The notes beneath the pieces were generated by a model. It was not told where the DNA came from, ran no database searches, and saw only the letters and a program-made list of their open reading frames with translations. From NCBI GenBank assembly GCA_047602425.1, contig JASGHG010000001.1, positions 3,200,001-3,264,000 on the forward strand: a stretch of 64,000 bases of DNA, read 5' to 3'. Every line of letters begins with the position of its first letter. Within the stretch, counting starts at the first letter, position 1. This document shows positions 25,738-35,888 of the stretch, piece after piece. Position numbers and translations under genes: made by a program. The stretch comes from Nibricoccus sp. (lineage in GTDB: Bacteria > Verrucomicrobiota > Verrucomicrobiia > Opitutales > Opitutaceae).

Positions 25738-27507
25738 ATGTCTGATATCACCACCACGCCCTCCGAGGGCTACGATAGCGAAGGTTTTCCCATACCGACC
25801 GCCACGCTGCCGGACAGCGAGACGGTTCGTGCGGAGATGCTGAAGATCTATCCGGCGAAAACGCGGAAGAAACGCGAAAAGCAGCTCCTTCCCAACAACC
25901 CGGAGACACCGCCGGAAATCGGTGCCAACACCAGAACCATTCCAGGCATCATAACCCAGCGTGGCTGTACCTACGCCGGCTGCCGTGGCGTCGTCATCGG
26001 GCCGATCCACGATATCCTGCACATCACGCACGGTCCGGTCGGCTGCTCCTACTATTCTTGGGCCACGCGTCGCAACCTGGCGCGCGTGAAACCCGGCCAG
26101 CCGGTCAACTATCTCCAGTACAGCATGACGACCGACATGCAGGAGGATGACATCGTGTTTGGCGGTGAGAAGAAGTTAGCCGCCGCCATTCGCGAAGCCT
26201 ACCGGATGTTCAAGCCGAAGGCCATCGCAGTGTATTCGACCTGCCCGGTGGGCCTGATCGGTGACGACGTTCACTCGGTCTGCCGCCAGGCAAAGGAAGA
26301 ACTCGGAATCAATGTGTTCGGTTTCTCCTGCGAAGGTTACAAGGGTGTCTCGCAGTCAGCTGGCCACCATATCGCCAATAACGGCGTGTTCAAACACATG
26401 GTCGGCCTCCTCGACGAGCCCGACAAGGGCAAGTTCCGTATCAACGTCCTCGGTGAATACAACATCGGTGGCGACGCGTGGGAAATCGACACGCTCCTTC
26501 AGAAATGTGGTATCCACGTCACCGCTACACTCTCCGGCGACATCAGCTACGAGCAGATCTGCAAGTGCCACACCTCCGATCTCAACGTCGTGCTGTGCCA
26601 CCGTTCGATCAACTACATGGCCGAGATGATGGAAACCAAGTTCGGCATTCCGTGGATCAAGGTGAACTTCACCGGCGCCGAGCAGACTTCGAAGTCGCTC
26701 CGCAAGATCGGAAAGTACTTCGACGACAAGCAGCTCACTGACCGCATCGAGGAAGTCATCGCCCAGGAAATGGCCGCGCTCAAGCCGGTCATCGAAGACG
26801 TGAAGTCCCGACTCCAGGGCAAGACTGCCGCGATGTTCGTCGGCGGCTCCCGCGCCCACCACTACCAGCATCTCTTCAAGGATGTTGGCATGTTGACGGT
26901 GTCGGCTGGTTATGAATTCGCCCACCGCGACGACTACGAGGGCCGCAAGGTTCTGCCCTCGATCAAAATCGACGCCGACTCTCGCAACATCGAGGAGATC
27001 GAGGTCGAGGCCGATCCGAAGCGGTACAACCCCCGCAAGACACCCGAACAGGTCGAGGCGCTCAAGGCCGGCGGATTTAGCTTCAAGGACTACGACGGCA
27101 TGATGGTGGAGATGAAAAAATCCACCCTCGTGATCGACGATATTTCGCACCACGAAATGGAAAAGCTCATCGAACTCTACAAGCCCGACATCATCTGCTC
27201 GGGCATCAAGGACAAGTTCGTCATCGAGAAATTCGGTGTGCCCTGCAAGCAGCTTCACTCCTACGACTACGGTGGTCCTTACACGGCCTACGTCGGTGCG
27301 GCGAACTTCTTCAAGGAGATCGACCGCATGATCAACACGAAGGTTTGGAAGCTTCTCACGCCTTCGTGGAAGAAACCCGCCGACACGGAAACCGCCGTAG
27401 GCAAGGGCATCGACAGTCCGAAGAATCAGGCGCTCCGCGAGGTGGTCAAAGGCATGGCCAAGGCCTGGAAACCCAAGACCAAGGCGGCCGACGTCGCCGA
27501 GGGCTGA
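25738..27507 (+). CDS. nifD: Nitrogenase MoFe protein alpha chain (group II type)
   Basis: RGCTYAG, HGPVGC, STCPVG, GVSQSAGHH, LCHRS, YEFAH, QLHSYDY; about 50-aa insertion after YEGR typical of group II. Confidence 0.98.
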   Translation: MSDITTTPSEGYDSEGFPIPTATLPDSETVRAEMLKIYPAKTRKKREKQLLPNNPETPPEIGANTRTIPGIITQRGCTYAGCRGVVIGPIHDILHITHGPVGCSYYSWATRRNLARVKPGQPVNYLQYSMTTDMQEDDIVFGGEKKLAAAIREAYRMFKPKAIAVYSTCPVGLIGDDVHSVCRQAKEELGINVFGFSCEGYKGVSQSAGHHIANNGVFKHMVGLLDEPDKGKFRINVLGEYNIGGDAWEIDTLLQKCGIHVTATLSGDISYEQICKCHTSDLNVVLCHRSINYMAEMMETKFGIPWIKVNFTGAEQTSKSLRKIGKYFDDKQLTDRIEEVIAQEMAALKPVIEDVKSRLQGKTAAMFVGGSRAHHYQHLFKDVGMLTVSAGYEFAHRDDYEGRKVLPSIKIDADSRNIEEIEVEADPKRYNPRKTPEQVEALKAGGFSFKDYDGMMVEMKKSTLVIDDISHHEMEKLIELYKPDIICSGIKDKFVIEKFGVPCKQLHSYDYGGPYTAYVGAANFFKEIDRMINTKVWKLLTPSWKKPADTETAVGKGIDSPKNQALREVVKGMAKAWKPKTKAADVAEG

Positions 27508-27514
27508 AACGATC

Positions 27515-27549
27515 AATCTGAAATCTCTAATCTTAAATTTGAAATTCCT
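27515..27549 (+). repeat. Five degenerate heptamers abutting the nifK start codon
   Basis: AATCTGA AATCTCT AATCTTA AATTTGA AATTCCT then ATG. Confidence 0.75.
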
Positions 27550-28923
27550 ATGCTAGATGGAACAACAGCAGAACTCGTCGAACGCAAAGCGCTCCGGATC
27601 AACGCAGCGAAAACCTGCCAGCCCATCGGTGCGATGTACGCAGCGCTCGGCATTCACGGTTGCATGCCGCACAGCCATGGTTCCCAGGGTTGTTGCTCAT
27701 ACCACCGCAGCCATCTCACCCGGCACTTCAAGGAGCCGGTGATGGCCACCACCAGCTCGTTCACCGAGGGCTCATCGGTCTTCGGCGGGCTGGCCAACCT
27801 CACGCAGGCGTTCAAAAACATTTTCTCGATCTACAACCCCGAGGTCGTGGCGGTACACACCACCTGTCTCTCCGAGGTCATCGGCGACGACATCCCCACG
27901 ATCATCAAAAAATCGCGCGAGGATGGTTCGATTCCCGCGGACAAAGTTGTCATCCACGCCAACACGCCCTCGTTCGTCGGTTCCCATGTCTATGGGTTCT
28001 CGAACATGGTTATGGGCATGGTGAACTACCTCTCCGAGAAATCGGGCACCACGCTCAACCAGGTCAACATCATTCCCGGCTATGTCGAACCAGCTGACAT
28101 GCGCGAAATCAAGCGCATCGCCAAGGAGATGGCCGCGAGCATTGTCATGTTCCCTGACACGTCGAACGTCCTCGACGGTCCGCTCACCGGCCAGTACAAG
28201 ATGTACCCGGAGGGCGGCGCCACCGTCGCTCAGATCAAGTCTGCCGGTGACAGCATCGCGACCCTCGCGCTTGGGCACTTCGCTTCGCACGTCCCGGCGG
28301 CCACGCTGGAAACCAAGTGCAACGTCCCGGCCGCCTTCATGGAACTGCCGATCGGTGTTGGCGCAACGGACAAGTTCGTCGCGGCTCTCGCTAGCTACGC
28401 CGGTGTCGAGGTTCCCGCCTCGATCGAACTCGAACGTGGCCGTCTCATCGACCTGATGAGCGATCTGCACCAGTACTTCCACGGTAAGCGTGTTGCCATC
28501 TCCGGTGATCCCGATCAGGTCATTGCGCTCACCCAGTTCTGCCTGGAGCTCGAGATGAAGCCCGTGTACTGCATCACCGGTTCGCCGGGTAACCAGTTCG
28601 AAAAGCGCATGCACGAGCTGCTCGACGGTCCGGTTCCGAACGCGAAGATCAAACAGAACGGCGACAACTTCGAGCTTCACCAGTGGATGAAAAACGAGCC
28701 GGTCGACCTGCTGATTGGAAACACCTACGGCAAGTACATTGCCCGCGTGGAAAATGTACCGTTCGTCCGGTTCGGCTTCCCTATCCTCGACCGTGCCGCC
28801 CATCGTTTCTACCCGACGGTCGGCTACATGGGGGCGGTCAACGTGGTCAATCAGATGCTCAACGCAATCCTCGATAAGAAGGACCGCGAGTGTGCAGAGG
28901 AATGGTTCGAACTCGTTCAGTAA
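27550..28923 (+). CDS. nifK: Nitrogenase MoFe protein beta chain (short, group II type)
   Basis: KTCQPIGA, HGSQGCCSYHR, TTCLSEVIGDD, NTPSFVGSH, GFPILDR; 457 aa. Confidence 0.98.
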   Translation: MLDGTTAELVERKALRINAAKTCQPIGAMYAALGIHGCMPHSHGSQGCCSYHRSHLTRHFKEPVMATTSSFTEGSSVFGGLANLTQAFKNIFSIYNPEVVAVHTTCLSEVIGDDIPTIIKKSREDGSIPADKVVIHANTPSFVGSHVYGFSNMVMGMVNYLSEKSGTTLNQVNIIPGYVEPADMREIKRIAKEMAASIVMFPDTSNVLDGPLTGQYKMYPEGGATVAQIKSAGDSIATLALGHFASHVPAATLETKCNVPAAFMELPIGVGATDKFVAALASYAGVEVPASIELERGRLIDLMSDLHQYFHGKRVAISGDPDQVIALTQFCLELEMKPVYCITGSPGNQFEKRMHELLDGPVPNAKIKQNGDNFELHQWMKNEPVDLLIGNTYGKYIARVENVPFVRFGFPILDRAAHRFYPTVGYMGAVNVVNQMLNAILDKKDRECAEEWFELVQ

Positions 28924-28953
28924 TTGCTTGGGTCATTGCAGGAACATACAGCC

Positions 28954-29565
28954 ATGGACAAAGAGGTCATAGCTTGTCCACCAACGCCCGCCGGTCTGAA
29001 AATCAGGCCGGCGGTGCAGGAGGACGCAGGAATCATCACCACTCTCGTGCGCGAACTCGCCGCTTTCGAGCATCTCGATCACGAATGCGAAATTACGACG
29101 GCCGCAGTGTGTGCGCACTTGCTCGGGCTTGGACGCTCAGCAGAGGCCGTCATGGCCGAACTCGACGGCGTCGTCGCGGGATTCGCGGTTTACTACCGCA
29201 CGTTTTCCACGTTCGCGGCGCGGCCAGGGGTGTTTCTTGAGGATCTGTTCATTCGTCCGGCCTTCCGCCATCGAGGGCTCGGACGCGCGTTGCTTCAGTA
29301 CGTTGGTTCGATTGCGGCGCGCAATGGCGCCTGCCGCTTCGAGTGGACCACGCTCAAGTGGAACGAGAGCGCCCGCAAGCTCTACAAGAGCATCGGCGCA
29401 GAGGAGAAAAGCGAGTGGCTCCTGCTGCGCATGAATGCGGAAGCTCTTTCGAAATTTATCTGTGATGGCACCGGTGATGTTAAGGAAAACTGCCGCTGCG
29501 GTGGCAAAGGAGTTCATCACGCCAAACCGGCTGATACCGACACGCACTGCGGCTGCAACCACTGA
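28954..29565 (+). CDS. GNAT N-acetyltransferase (diamine acetyltransferase-like) with Cys/His-rich tail
   Basis: IRPA, ELAAFE, FLEDLFIRPAFRHRGLGRALL, WNESARKLYKSIGA. ATG at 28954 preferred. Confidence 0.88.
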   Translation: MDKEVIACPPTPAGLKIRPAVQEDAGIITTLVRELAAFEHLDHECEITTAAVCAHLLGLGRSAEAVMAELDGVVAGFAVYYRTFSTFAARPGVFLEDLFIRPAFRHRGLGRALLQYVGSIAARNGACRFEWTTLKWNESARKLYKSIGAEEKSEWLLLRMNAEALSKFICDGTGDVKENCRCGGKGVHHAKPADTDTHCGCNH

Positions 29566-29576
29566 CCCTTTCAACC

Positions 29577-30971
29577 ATGTCCACGCCCATCGAAGTCCTT
29601 CCCGCACGAGCCGCCTCGATCGCTGTTGCAGGTCAGGCGGGTGGGGCGGTGGTATGTGACAAACACTCCTTGGCGGGATCGGTGACGCAGCGAGCCTGCG
29701 TATTTTGTGGATCGCGTGTGGTTCTTTATCCGATTGCTGACGCACTCCATGTGGTGCACGGCCCGATCGGTTGCGCCGCCTACACCTGGGACATCCGTGG
29801 CGCGCAGTCCTCGGGGCCGCAGCTGCACCGCAACAGTTTTTCCACCGACATGCAGGAGATGGATGTTATCTACGGTGGCGAGAAAAAGCTCGAACGTGCA
29901 TTGATGGAGCTGATCGACAAACACCAGCCTAAGGCGGCGTTCGTCTATTCGACGTGCATCGTCGGTGTGATCGGCGATGACGTGTCGGCGGTCTGCAAAC
30001 GCGTTGAGGCCGCGAAGAAAATTCCAGTGCTCTCCGTTGCCAGCGAAGGCTTCAAAGGCACGAAGAAGGACGGTTACCGCGCGGCCTGCGAGGCAGTCTA
30101 CACTTTGATCGGCACGGGTGACACGAAGGAGATCGGCCCGCTGAGCATCAACCTACTCGGCGACTTCAACATCGCGGGCGAGACCTGGGTGATCCGCGAA
30201 TACTTCGAGCGCATGGGCGTGCAGGTGGTGGCGACGATCACGGGTGACGGACGCGTGGACGACATCCGGCGCTGTCACGGCGCGAAGTTGAATTTGGTGC
30301 AGTGCGCGGGATCGATGACGCACCTTGCGAAGAAGATGAAAGAGGAGCACGGCATCCCGTTCATCAAGGTTTCGTTCTTCGGTCTCGAGGACATGTCGGC
30401 TGCGCTCTACGACGTGGCGAAATTTTTCCAGAGCGAAGAACTGATGGAAAAGGCCAAGGCCGTCGTGCGCGACGAGGTTGGTAGATTTTATCCGCAGCTC
30501 CGCGTCTACAAGGAAAAGCTGATCGGAAAGAAGGCCGCAATCTACGTGGGCGGTGCTTTTAAGGCCTTTTCACTAGTTCGGGCTTTACGCACGCTCGGCA
30601 TGACGACTGCAATCGTTGGCACGCAGACGGGCGACAAGGACGATTACGAACAGCTGCGCGAAATGTGCGATCCCGGCACCGTGATCGTGGATGATTCAAA
30701 TCCGCTCGAACTGGCGAAGTTCTGCCTCGAGAAGGACGTTGATCTTTTCATTGGCGGCGTGAAGGAGCGCCCGATCGCCTACAAGCTTGGCATCGGATTT
30801 TGCGATCACAACCACGAGCGCAAAGAAGCGCTGGCTGGGTTCGTGGGCATGTACAATTTTGCGAAGGAAGTTTACGCGAGCTGCTGCTCGCCGGTTTGGA
30901 AATACGTGCCGCGGAGAACCAGAGGCCAGAAGCCAGAAGTCGGAAGCCAGAGTGTGGAGGTGCTGTCATGA
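29577..30971 (+). CDS. nifE: FeMo-cofactor scaffold NifE
   Basis: QRACVFCGSR, HGPIGCAAYTW, STCIVGVIGDD, LVQC, GGVKERP, DHNHER. Confidence 0.96.
   Translation: MSTPIEVLPARAASIAVAGQAGGAVVCDKHSLAGSVTQRACVFCGSRVVLYPIADALHVVHGPIGCAAYTWDIRGAQSSGPQLHRNSFSTDMQEMDVIYGGEKKLERALMELIDKHQPKAAFVYSTCIVGVIGDDVSAVCKRVEAAKKIPVLSVASEGFKGTKKDGYRAACEAVYTLIGTGDTKEIGPLSINLLGDFNIAGETWVIREYFERMGVQVVATITGDGRVDDIRRCHGAKLNLVQCAGSMTHLAKKMKEEHGIPFIKVSFFGLEDMSAALYDVAKFFQSEELMEKAKAVVRDEVGRFYPQLRVYKEKLIGKKAAIYVGGAFKAFSLVRALRTLGMTTAIVGTQTGDKDDYEQLREMCDPGTVIVDDSNPLELAKFCLEKDVDLFIGGVKERPIAYKLGIGFCDHNHERKEALAGFVGMYNFAKEVYASCCSPVWKYVPRRTRGQKPEVGSQSVEVLS
30919..30953 (+). repeat. Five heptamers (consensus YCAGAAG) inside the nifE 3' end
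   Basis: CCAGAGG CCAGAAG CCAGAAG TCGGAAG CCAGAGT. Confidence 0.75.
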
Positions 30972-32371
30972 GCTGTTCATCCTGCAAACCTACGGTTGGA
31001 CCTGAAATCGAGGGCAAAGAAGAATTTCCCGGACCGACCACCAATGCCTGCAAGCTCTGCACGCCGCTCGGCGCGTGTCTCGCCTACAAGGGCATCGCCG
31101 GCACCGTTCCGTTTCTCCACGGCTCGCAGGGCTGTGCGACGTACATTCGCCGCTATCTGATCAGCCACTTTCGCGAGCCGATGGATATCGCGGCTTCGAA
31201 TTTCGCCGAGCACTCGGCGGTTTTTGGCGGTCGTGATGTGTTGCACACCGGCCTGACCAACGTCACTCGCCAGTACAAGCCGGCGTTGATCGGCGTGGCG
31301 ACAACCTGCCTGAGTGAGACGATCGGCGAAAACATGCCGCAGCTTTTGCACGAGTACCGGCAGAAGCCGACCACGGCGGAAGAGACAAAACTGGTCCACG
31401 TTTCCACGCCGAGTTTCAAGGGCACGCACGTGGACGGGTTCCACAAGGCGGTTTGCTCGATCGTCGAAACACTCGCGACCGCGCCCAGCGAAACGAAAAA
31501 CGGCCCGGTGGCCCTGATGCCTGGGTTCGTCTCGGCCGAGGATCTGCGGCACCTGAAGGAGATTTTCAGCGCGTACGGAGTCCCGGTCACGCTCGTCCCA
31601 GACTACTCCGAGACGATGGATGGTGGTTCGTGGGCGGCGTATGAGCGCATTCCCTCTGGCGGCACCACGGTCGATCAGGTCAAGGTGCTTGGTTCGGCCA
31701 GGGCCGCTATTGAGTGCGGCCGCGTGCTGGCCGGGGAGGAGCGCTCCGCTGGAACACATCTGTTGAAAAAATTTTCGGTCCCTCTGCACAGACTCGGTCT
31801 GCCGATCGGCCTGCGTGAAACCGACCGGCTGTGCGAAATCGTGGGGCACCTCGCCAGCCGGGATATTCCGCGCGAGCTCGACTTGGCCCGCGGCCGCCTG
31901 ATCGACGCGATGGTCGACGGGCACAAGTACGTCTTCGGCCAGCGCGCCGTGGTGTACGGCGAAGAGGATCTCGTGATCGGGCTTGCCTCGTTCCTGACCG
32001 AGATCGGTGTCACGCCGGTGCTGTGCGCCAGCGGTGGACGGAGTCGGCGATTCGCGGCGACGCTGCGCGCGACCGTGCCAGATCTGCCGGAGGAAACAGT
32101 CATTCGCGAGGGCGCGGATTTCGCCTCGATCGCGGCCGAGGCCGAAACATTGAAACCGGATTTGCTGATAGGAAATAGTAAAGGTTACGGGCTTGCTCGC
32201 CGCCTCAAGGTTCCGTTGGTGCGCTGTGGTTTCCCCATTCACGACCGGCTCGACGGCCATCGCATCCTGCACGTTGGTTACAAAGGCGCGCTCGGGCTCT
32301 ACGACACGATCGTGAACGCGCTCCTCGAGCGGAAACAGGAAAACTCAACCATCGGCTATGCCTATCTCTGA
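30968..32371 (+). CDS. nifN: FeMo-cofactor scaffold NifN
   Basis: NACKLCTPLGA, HGSQGCATYIRRY, TTCLSETIG, GFPIHDR; ATGA overlap with nifE stop. Confidence 0.95.
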   Translation: MSCSSCKPTVGPEIEGKEEFPGPTTNACKLCTPLGACLAYKGIAGTVPFLHGSQGCATYIRRYLISHFREPMDIAASNFAEHSAVFGGRDVLHTGLTNVTRQYKPALIGVATTCLSETIGENMPQLLHEYRQKPTTAEETKLVHVSTPSFKGTHVDGFHKAVCSIVETLATAPSETKNGPVALMPGFVSAEDLRHLKEIFSAYGVPVTLVPDYSETMDGGSWAAYERIPSGGTTVDQVKVLGSARAAIECGRVLAGEERSAGTHLLKKFSVPLHRLGLPIGLRETDRLCEIVGHLASRDIPRELDLARGRLIDAMVDGHKYVFGQRAVVYGEEDLVIGLASFLTEIGVTPVLCASGGRSRRFAATLRATVPDLPEETVIREGADFASIAAEAETLKPDLLIGNSKGYGLARRLKVPLVRCGFPIHDRLDGHRILHVGYKGALGLYDTIVNALLERKQENSTIGYAYL

Positions 32372-33728
32372 AGGACTTTCTATGATCAACGATCTCACCA
32401 CCGGCTCTTCCTGCGGCACCGTCACGAAAGTCAATGACGGCGGCACGCTCCAGCCGACGTTGGCTTTCTCGAAACATCCCTGCTTTAACAAAGACTCTCA
32501 TCACAAGTTCGGCCGCATTCACCTGCCGGTCGCGCCGCGGTGCAATCTCCAGTGCAATTTCTGTAACCGTAAATTCGACTGCATGAATGAGAGCCGTCCG
32601 GGAGTGACAAGCGCGGTGCTCTCGCCAACGCAGGCAGTGGCCTATCTCGACAAGATGATGGAGCGTGTGCCGAACCTAACGGTAGTAGGAATCGCAGGGC
32701 CGGGAGATCCGTTCGCCAACTCGGTCGAAACCATGGCAACTCTTTCAGAAGTTCGCCGCAAGTACCCGGAAATGATGCTGTGTGTGGCGACCAACGGTCT
32801 CGGCATCGGGCCGCACATCGAAAATCTCGCCGCGCTGAAAGTCAGCCACGTCACGCTTACGGTCAACGCAGTCGATCCCGAGATTGGTGCAAAAGTTTAT
32901 GCTTGGATCCGCGATGGAAATCGACCGATGCGAGGACTCGAAGCAGCGAAACTTCTGCTCGAACGTCAGCTCGACGCCATCGTGCGCCTAAAGGCCGCGG
33001 GCGTGGTGGTGAAGATCAATTCGATTATTATTCCCGGTATCAACGACCAGCACATTGAGACGATTGCGACGAAGATGCAGGAGCTCGGCGTGGATATCAT
33101 GAACTGCATGGCCTTCCTGCCGGTGGCCGGTGCAGAGTTCGAGAACATCGCGCCGCCGGACAACCTGCTTGTCGCTAGCACGCGGCTGAAGGCCGGACGC
33201 CACGTCGCCCAGATGTCGCACTGCGCACGTTGTCGCGCTGATGCAGTCGGCCTGATTAACGAGAAGATGACCGAGGAAAATTTGATTACGCTCCAGGAGT
33301 TTGCACGCCCTGGAGTGAAGCCGACGGAAAAGCGGCCGTACATCGCGGTGGCGTCACACGAAGGCATGCTGGTGAACCAGCACTTGGGTGAGGCGGCACG
33401 CGTGATTATTTTCAAGGAGGACAAGTCGACTCCATCGGGTTTCAAGTTCGTCGAGGTTCGGAAAACCCCGGAGCCTGGAACAGGTGCGGCCCGCTGGGCG
33501 GCGTTTGCCGACGTGTTGCACGATTGCCGGGCATTCCTGGTTTCGGCGGCGGGTCCGCAGCCAAAGCGCGCACTCGAAGAACACGGTGTGACGATTGTCG
33601 AAATGGAGGGGCTGATCGAGGAAGGGCTTTCCGCTATCTTTGCCGGGAAACCCATCCCGGCTTCGCTTAGTCGCCGGTTTACGGCGTGTGGTTCGGGCTG
33701 CAAGGGCACCGGCACGGGCTGCGCGTGA
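32358..33728 (+). CDS. nifB: Radical SAM NifB with C-terminal NifX-like domain
   Basis: HPCF, RIHLPVAPRCNLQCNFC, ESRPG, GIAGPGDP, CARCRADA, LVNQHLGEA, Cys-rich tail. Alternative start 32382. Confidence 0.97.
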   Translation: MPISEGLSMINDLTTGSSCGTVTKVNDGGTLQPTLAFSKHPCFNKDSHHKFGRIHLPVAPRCNLQCNFCNRKFDCMNESRPGVTSAVLSPTQAVAYLDKMMERVPNLTVVGIAGPGDPFANSVETMATLSEVRRKYPEMMLCVATNGLGIGPHIENLAALKVSHVTLTVNAVDPEIGAKVYAWIRDGNRPMRGLEAAKLLLERQLDAIVRLKAAGVVVKINSIIIPGINDQHIETIATKMQELGVDIMNCMAFLPVAGAEFENIAPPDNLLVASTRLKAGRHVAQMSHCARCRADAVGLINEKMTEENLITLQEFARPGVKPTEKRPYIAVASHEGMLVNQHLGEAARVIIFKEDKSTPSGFKFVEVRKTPEPGTGAARWAAFADVLHDCRAFLVSAAGPQPKRALEEHGVTIVEMEGLIEEGLSAIFAGKPIPASLSRRFTACGSGCKGTGTGCA

Positions 33729-33789
33729 GCGTGAACAGGCAACTGAGCAAAACATTTTCCAGAAACAATAACATCGAACAACTGTCATC

Positions 33790-34098
33790 ATGTCCAAACC
33801 AGCACACCATCTCTTCGTCTGTGGAAGTTTCCGCGCCAATGGCGAGCGCCAGGGCGTTTGCCACAAAAAGGACGCCATGAGCCTGCTTTCCTACCTGCAG
33901 GGCGAGATCCAGGATCGTATGCTAGAGGGCGTGGAAGTCGCCGTCACCGGATGCATGAATGTCTGCACCAAGGGACCGGTTATGGTCGACTATCCAACGG
34001 GTAATTTCTACAAGGTGCCGAACACCGACGCCATCGATGCCATTCTCGACGCCATCGAGGAGGATACGGTGGCCGAGGCTTATCTGCTCGAAGTCTGA
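33790..34098 (+). CDS. Thioredoxin-like [2Fe-2S] ferredoxin
   Basis: HHLFVC...GVC...TGCMNVCTKGP four-Cys pattern; nif context. Confidence 0.88.
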   Translation: MSKPAHHLFVCGSFRANGERQGVCHKKDAMSLLSYLQGEIQDRMLEGVEVAVTGCMNVCTKGPVMVDYPTGNFYKVPNTDAIDAILDAIEEDTVAEAYLLEV

Positions 34099-34104
34099 GT
34101 GGTT

Positions 34105-35226
34105 ATGCGGCGCCTCCACCTAGTCGACACGACACTGCGCGACGGCGAGCAAGCCGCCGGCGTGGTGATCTCGAGGGCGGATCGCGTTGCCATTGCCAAG
34201 GCATTGGTGGACGCAGGTGTGCCGGAACTGGAAGTCGGCGTGCCAGCCATGGGGCCGGCGGCGATCGCAGATATTGCCGTGGTTGCAGCAGCGGTGGGTC
34301 GGGAACGGGTGGTGACTTGGTGTCGCGGGACGGAGGAGGATCTGGTCGCGGCGGAGAAGACCGGTGTTTCCGCCGTGCATCTTTCTTTTGCGACCTCGCG
34401 CCTGCATCAGGCGATCTGGCGTCAGGACGGAGAGGAACTACTCTCGCGCGCACGCTCGTTGATCGAGCATGCCTGCAGGCGCTTCGAGCGGGTTTATGTC
34501 GGTGCGCAGGATGCATCGCGGGCGGATCCGGATTATCTTTTTTCTTTCGCAAAGGTTGCTTGGGAGGCGGGAGCTAAACGTATACGGTATGCGGATACCG
34601 TGGGACGCCTGGTTCCAAGCCAGTTGGCTGCGGCGCTGAAACCAATCCAGTCGGCTGCTCCAAAAATTGAAATTGAATTTCACGGCCACAATGACCTCGG
34701 GTTGGCTACGGCCAACGCTCTCGCTGCGTGGGAAGCAGGTGCTCATGCCACCAGCGTAACTGTGAACGGCCTAGGAGAACGTGCTGGCAATGTTGCACTC
34801 GAAGAAGTCGTGGTCGCCATGAAAGTCGCGCATGGCGTAGACGAACTGGTGGATTGCGCCAAACTCGGCACTTTGAGTGATCTGGTTGCGCGTGCGACGG
34901 GCCGGCCGCTCCCAGCGCAGAAGCCCATCGTGGGCGCTTCAGCTTTTCTCCACGAGTCGGGTATTCATTGCTCGGGGATGTTGCGCGACGAGCGGGCCTA
35001 CGAGGCATTTTCACCCGAGCTCGTAGGGCGTGAGCGTCCGGACTTTATACTGGGCAGTCACACGGGTAGCGCAGCTGTGGCGACGATGCTCGGTGCGCAG
35101 GGGATTTGTGTTTCGCCCGAGGCAGCGCGTCGCATTGCCGTGCGAGTCCGTGAACTGGCCATCCAGAAAGGCAGTCCTGTTAATCCAGGTGAATTGCGAT
35201 CGTTGCTCGAAGCGCCCGCTGCTTGA
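34105..35226 (+). CDS. nifV: Homocitrate synthase
   Basis: [44 protein letters not shown]. Alternative start 34099. Confidence 0.93.
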   Translation: MRRLHLVDTTLRDGEQAAGVVISRADRVAIAKALVDAGVPELEVGVPAMGPAAIADIAVVAAAVGRERVVTWCRGTEEDLVAAEKTGVSAVHLSFATSRLHQAIWRQDGEELLSRARSLIEHACRRFERVYVGAQDASRADPDYLFSFAKVAWEAGAKRIRYADTVGRLVPSQLAAALKPIQSAAPKIEIEFHGHNDLGLATANALAAWEAGAHATSVTVNGLGERAGNVALEEVVVAMKVAHGVDELVDCAKLGTLSDLVARATGRPLPAQKPIVGASAFLHESGIHCSGMLRDERAYEAFSPELVGRERPDFILGSHTGSAAVATMLGAQGICVSPEAARRIAVRVRELAIQKGSPVNPGELRSLLEAPAA

Positions 35227-35272
35227 ACGTCCATTACTTTCAAAATTCGTCCGTTAATGACCTCGACATCTT

Positions 35273-35785
35273 ATGAGCTTCAAATCCTACGCCATCCGTC
35301 CTGATTCCGACAATTTGATTATTTTTGAGGATCCGCAGCCTTTGGTTTTTTCCGGTCGCAACGGGTTGATTGCAAAATTCGTACTGGGCGAAAAAGAGCG
35401 AGCCATGCAGGCGTGGAAACTTTGTGTCGGGGAGATTCACGCGATTGCATTTCCGGCGGGATTGGTACGCAATCGTGCTATCGTCTTTGAACAGACGGAG
35501 GACATTGATCGCTCACTTATGTCCCTGCAGAGCATTTCTGGAATTTCCAATTCGAAAACTGAAGTGATGTTTCAGTTCGTGCCTCTGGCGGTCGTTGCGC
35601 AAAGTCCACTAACAGTGCGCCGTGGCAAGGTGGAATGTACTTACGGCGAAGACCTGATGCTCGATGGGGGCGTGCTCAATCCTGTCGGTTCATGGAAATG
35701 GAGAAAACCGCATCTTGCACTTGGAGGCGTAGTGATGGGTGCTACGCATCAGGCGCAAGCGGATGCATTTGGGCAGGTGCCGTGA
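35273..35785 (+). CDS. Hypothetical protein
   Basis: 170-aa ORF filling the gap between nifV and topB; no motif recognised. Confidence 0.6.
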   Translation: MSFKSYAIRPDSDNLIIFEDPQPLVFSGRNGLIAKFVLGEKERAMQAWKLCVGEIHAIAFPAGLVRNRAIVFEQTEDIDRSLMSLQSISGISNSKTEVMFQFVPLAVVAQSPLTVRRGKVECTYGEDLMLDGGVLNPVGSWKWRKPHLALGGVVMGATHQAQADAFGQVP

Positions 35786-35888
35786 TCTTACGCGTGGTGG
35801 CGAGTCGGCGGGAAAAGGCGATCTGCGCAATTTTCCAATGAGAGCTGGCGCGTTTTAGTTTCTTTGCCGTAGATAGCACGCCTGCTGA

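Noticed and set aside
25738..28923. Alternative (V or Fe-only) nitrogenase, suggested by the AnfA-like activator
   Set aside because: No vnfG/anfG between D and K, NifD has Mo-type YEFAH and HSYDY motifs, and nifEN are present.
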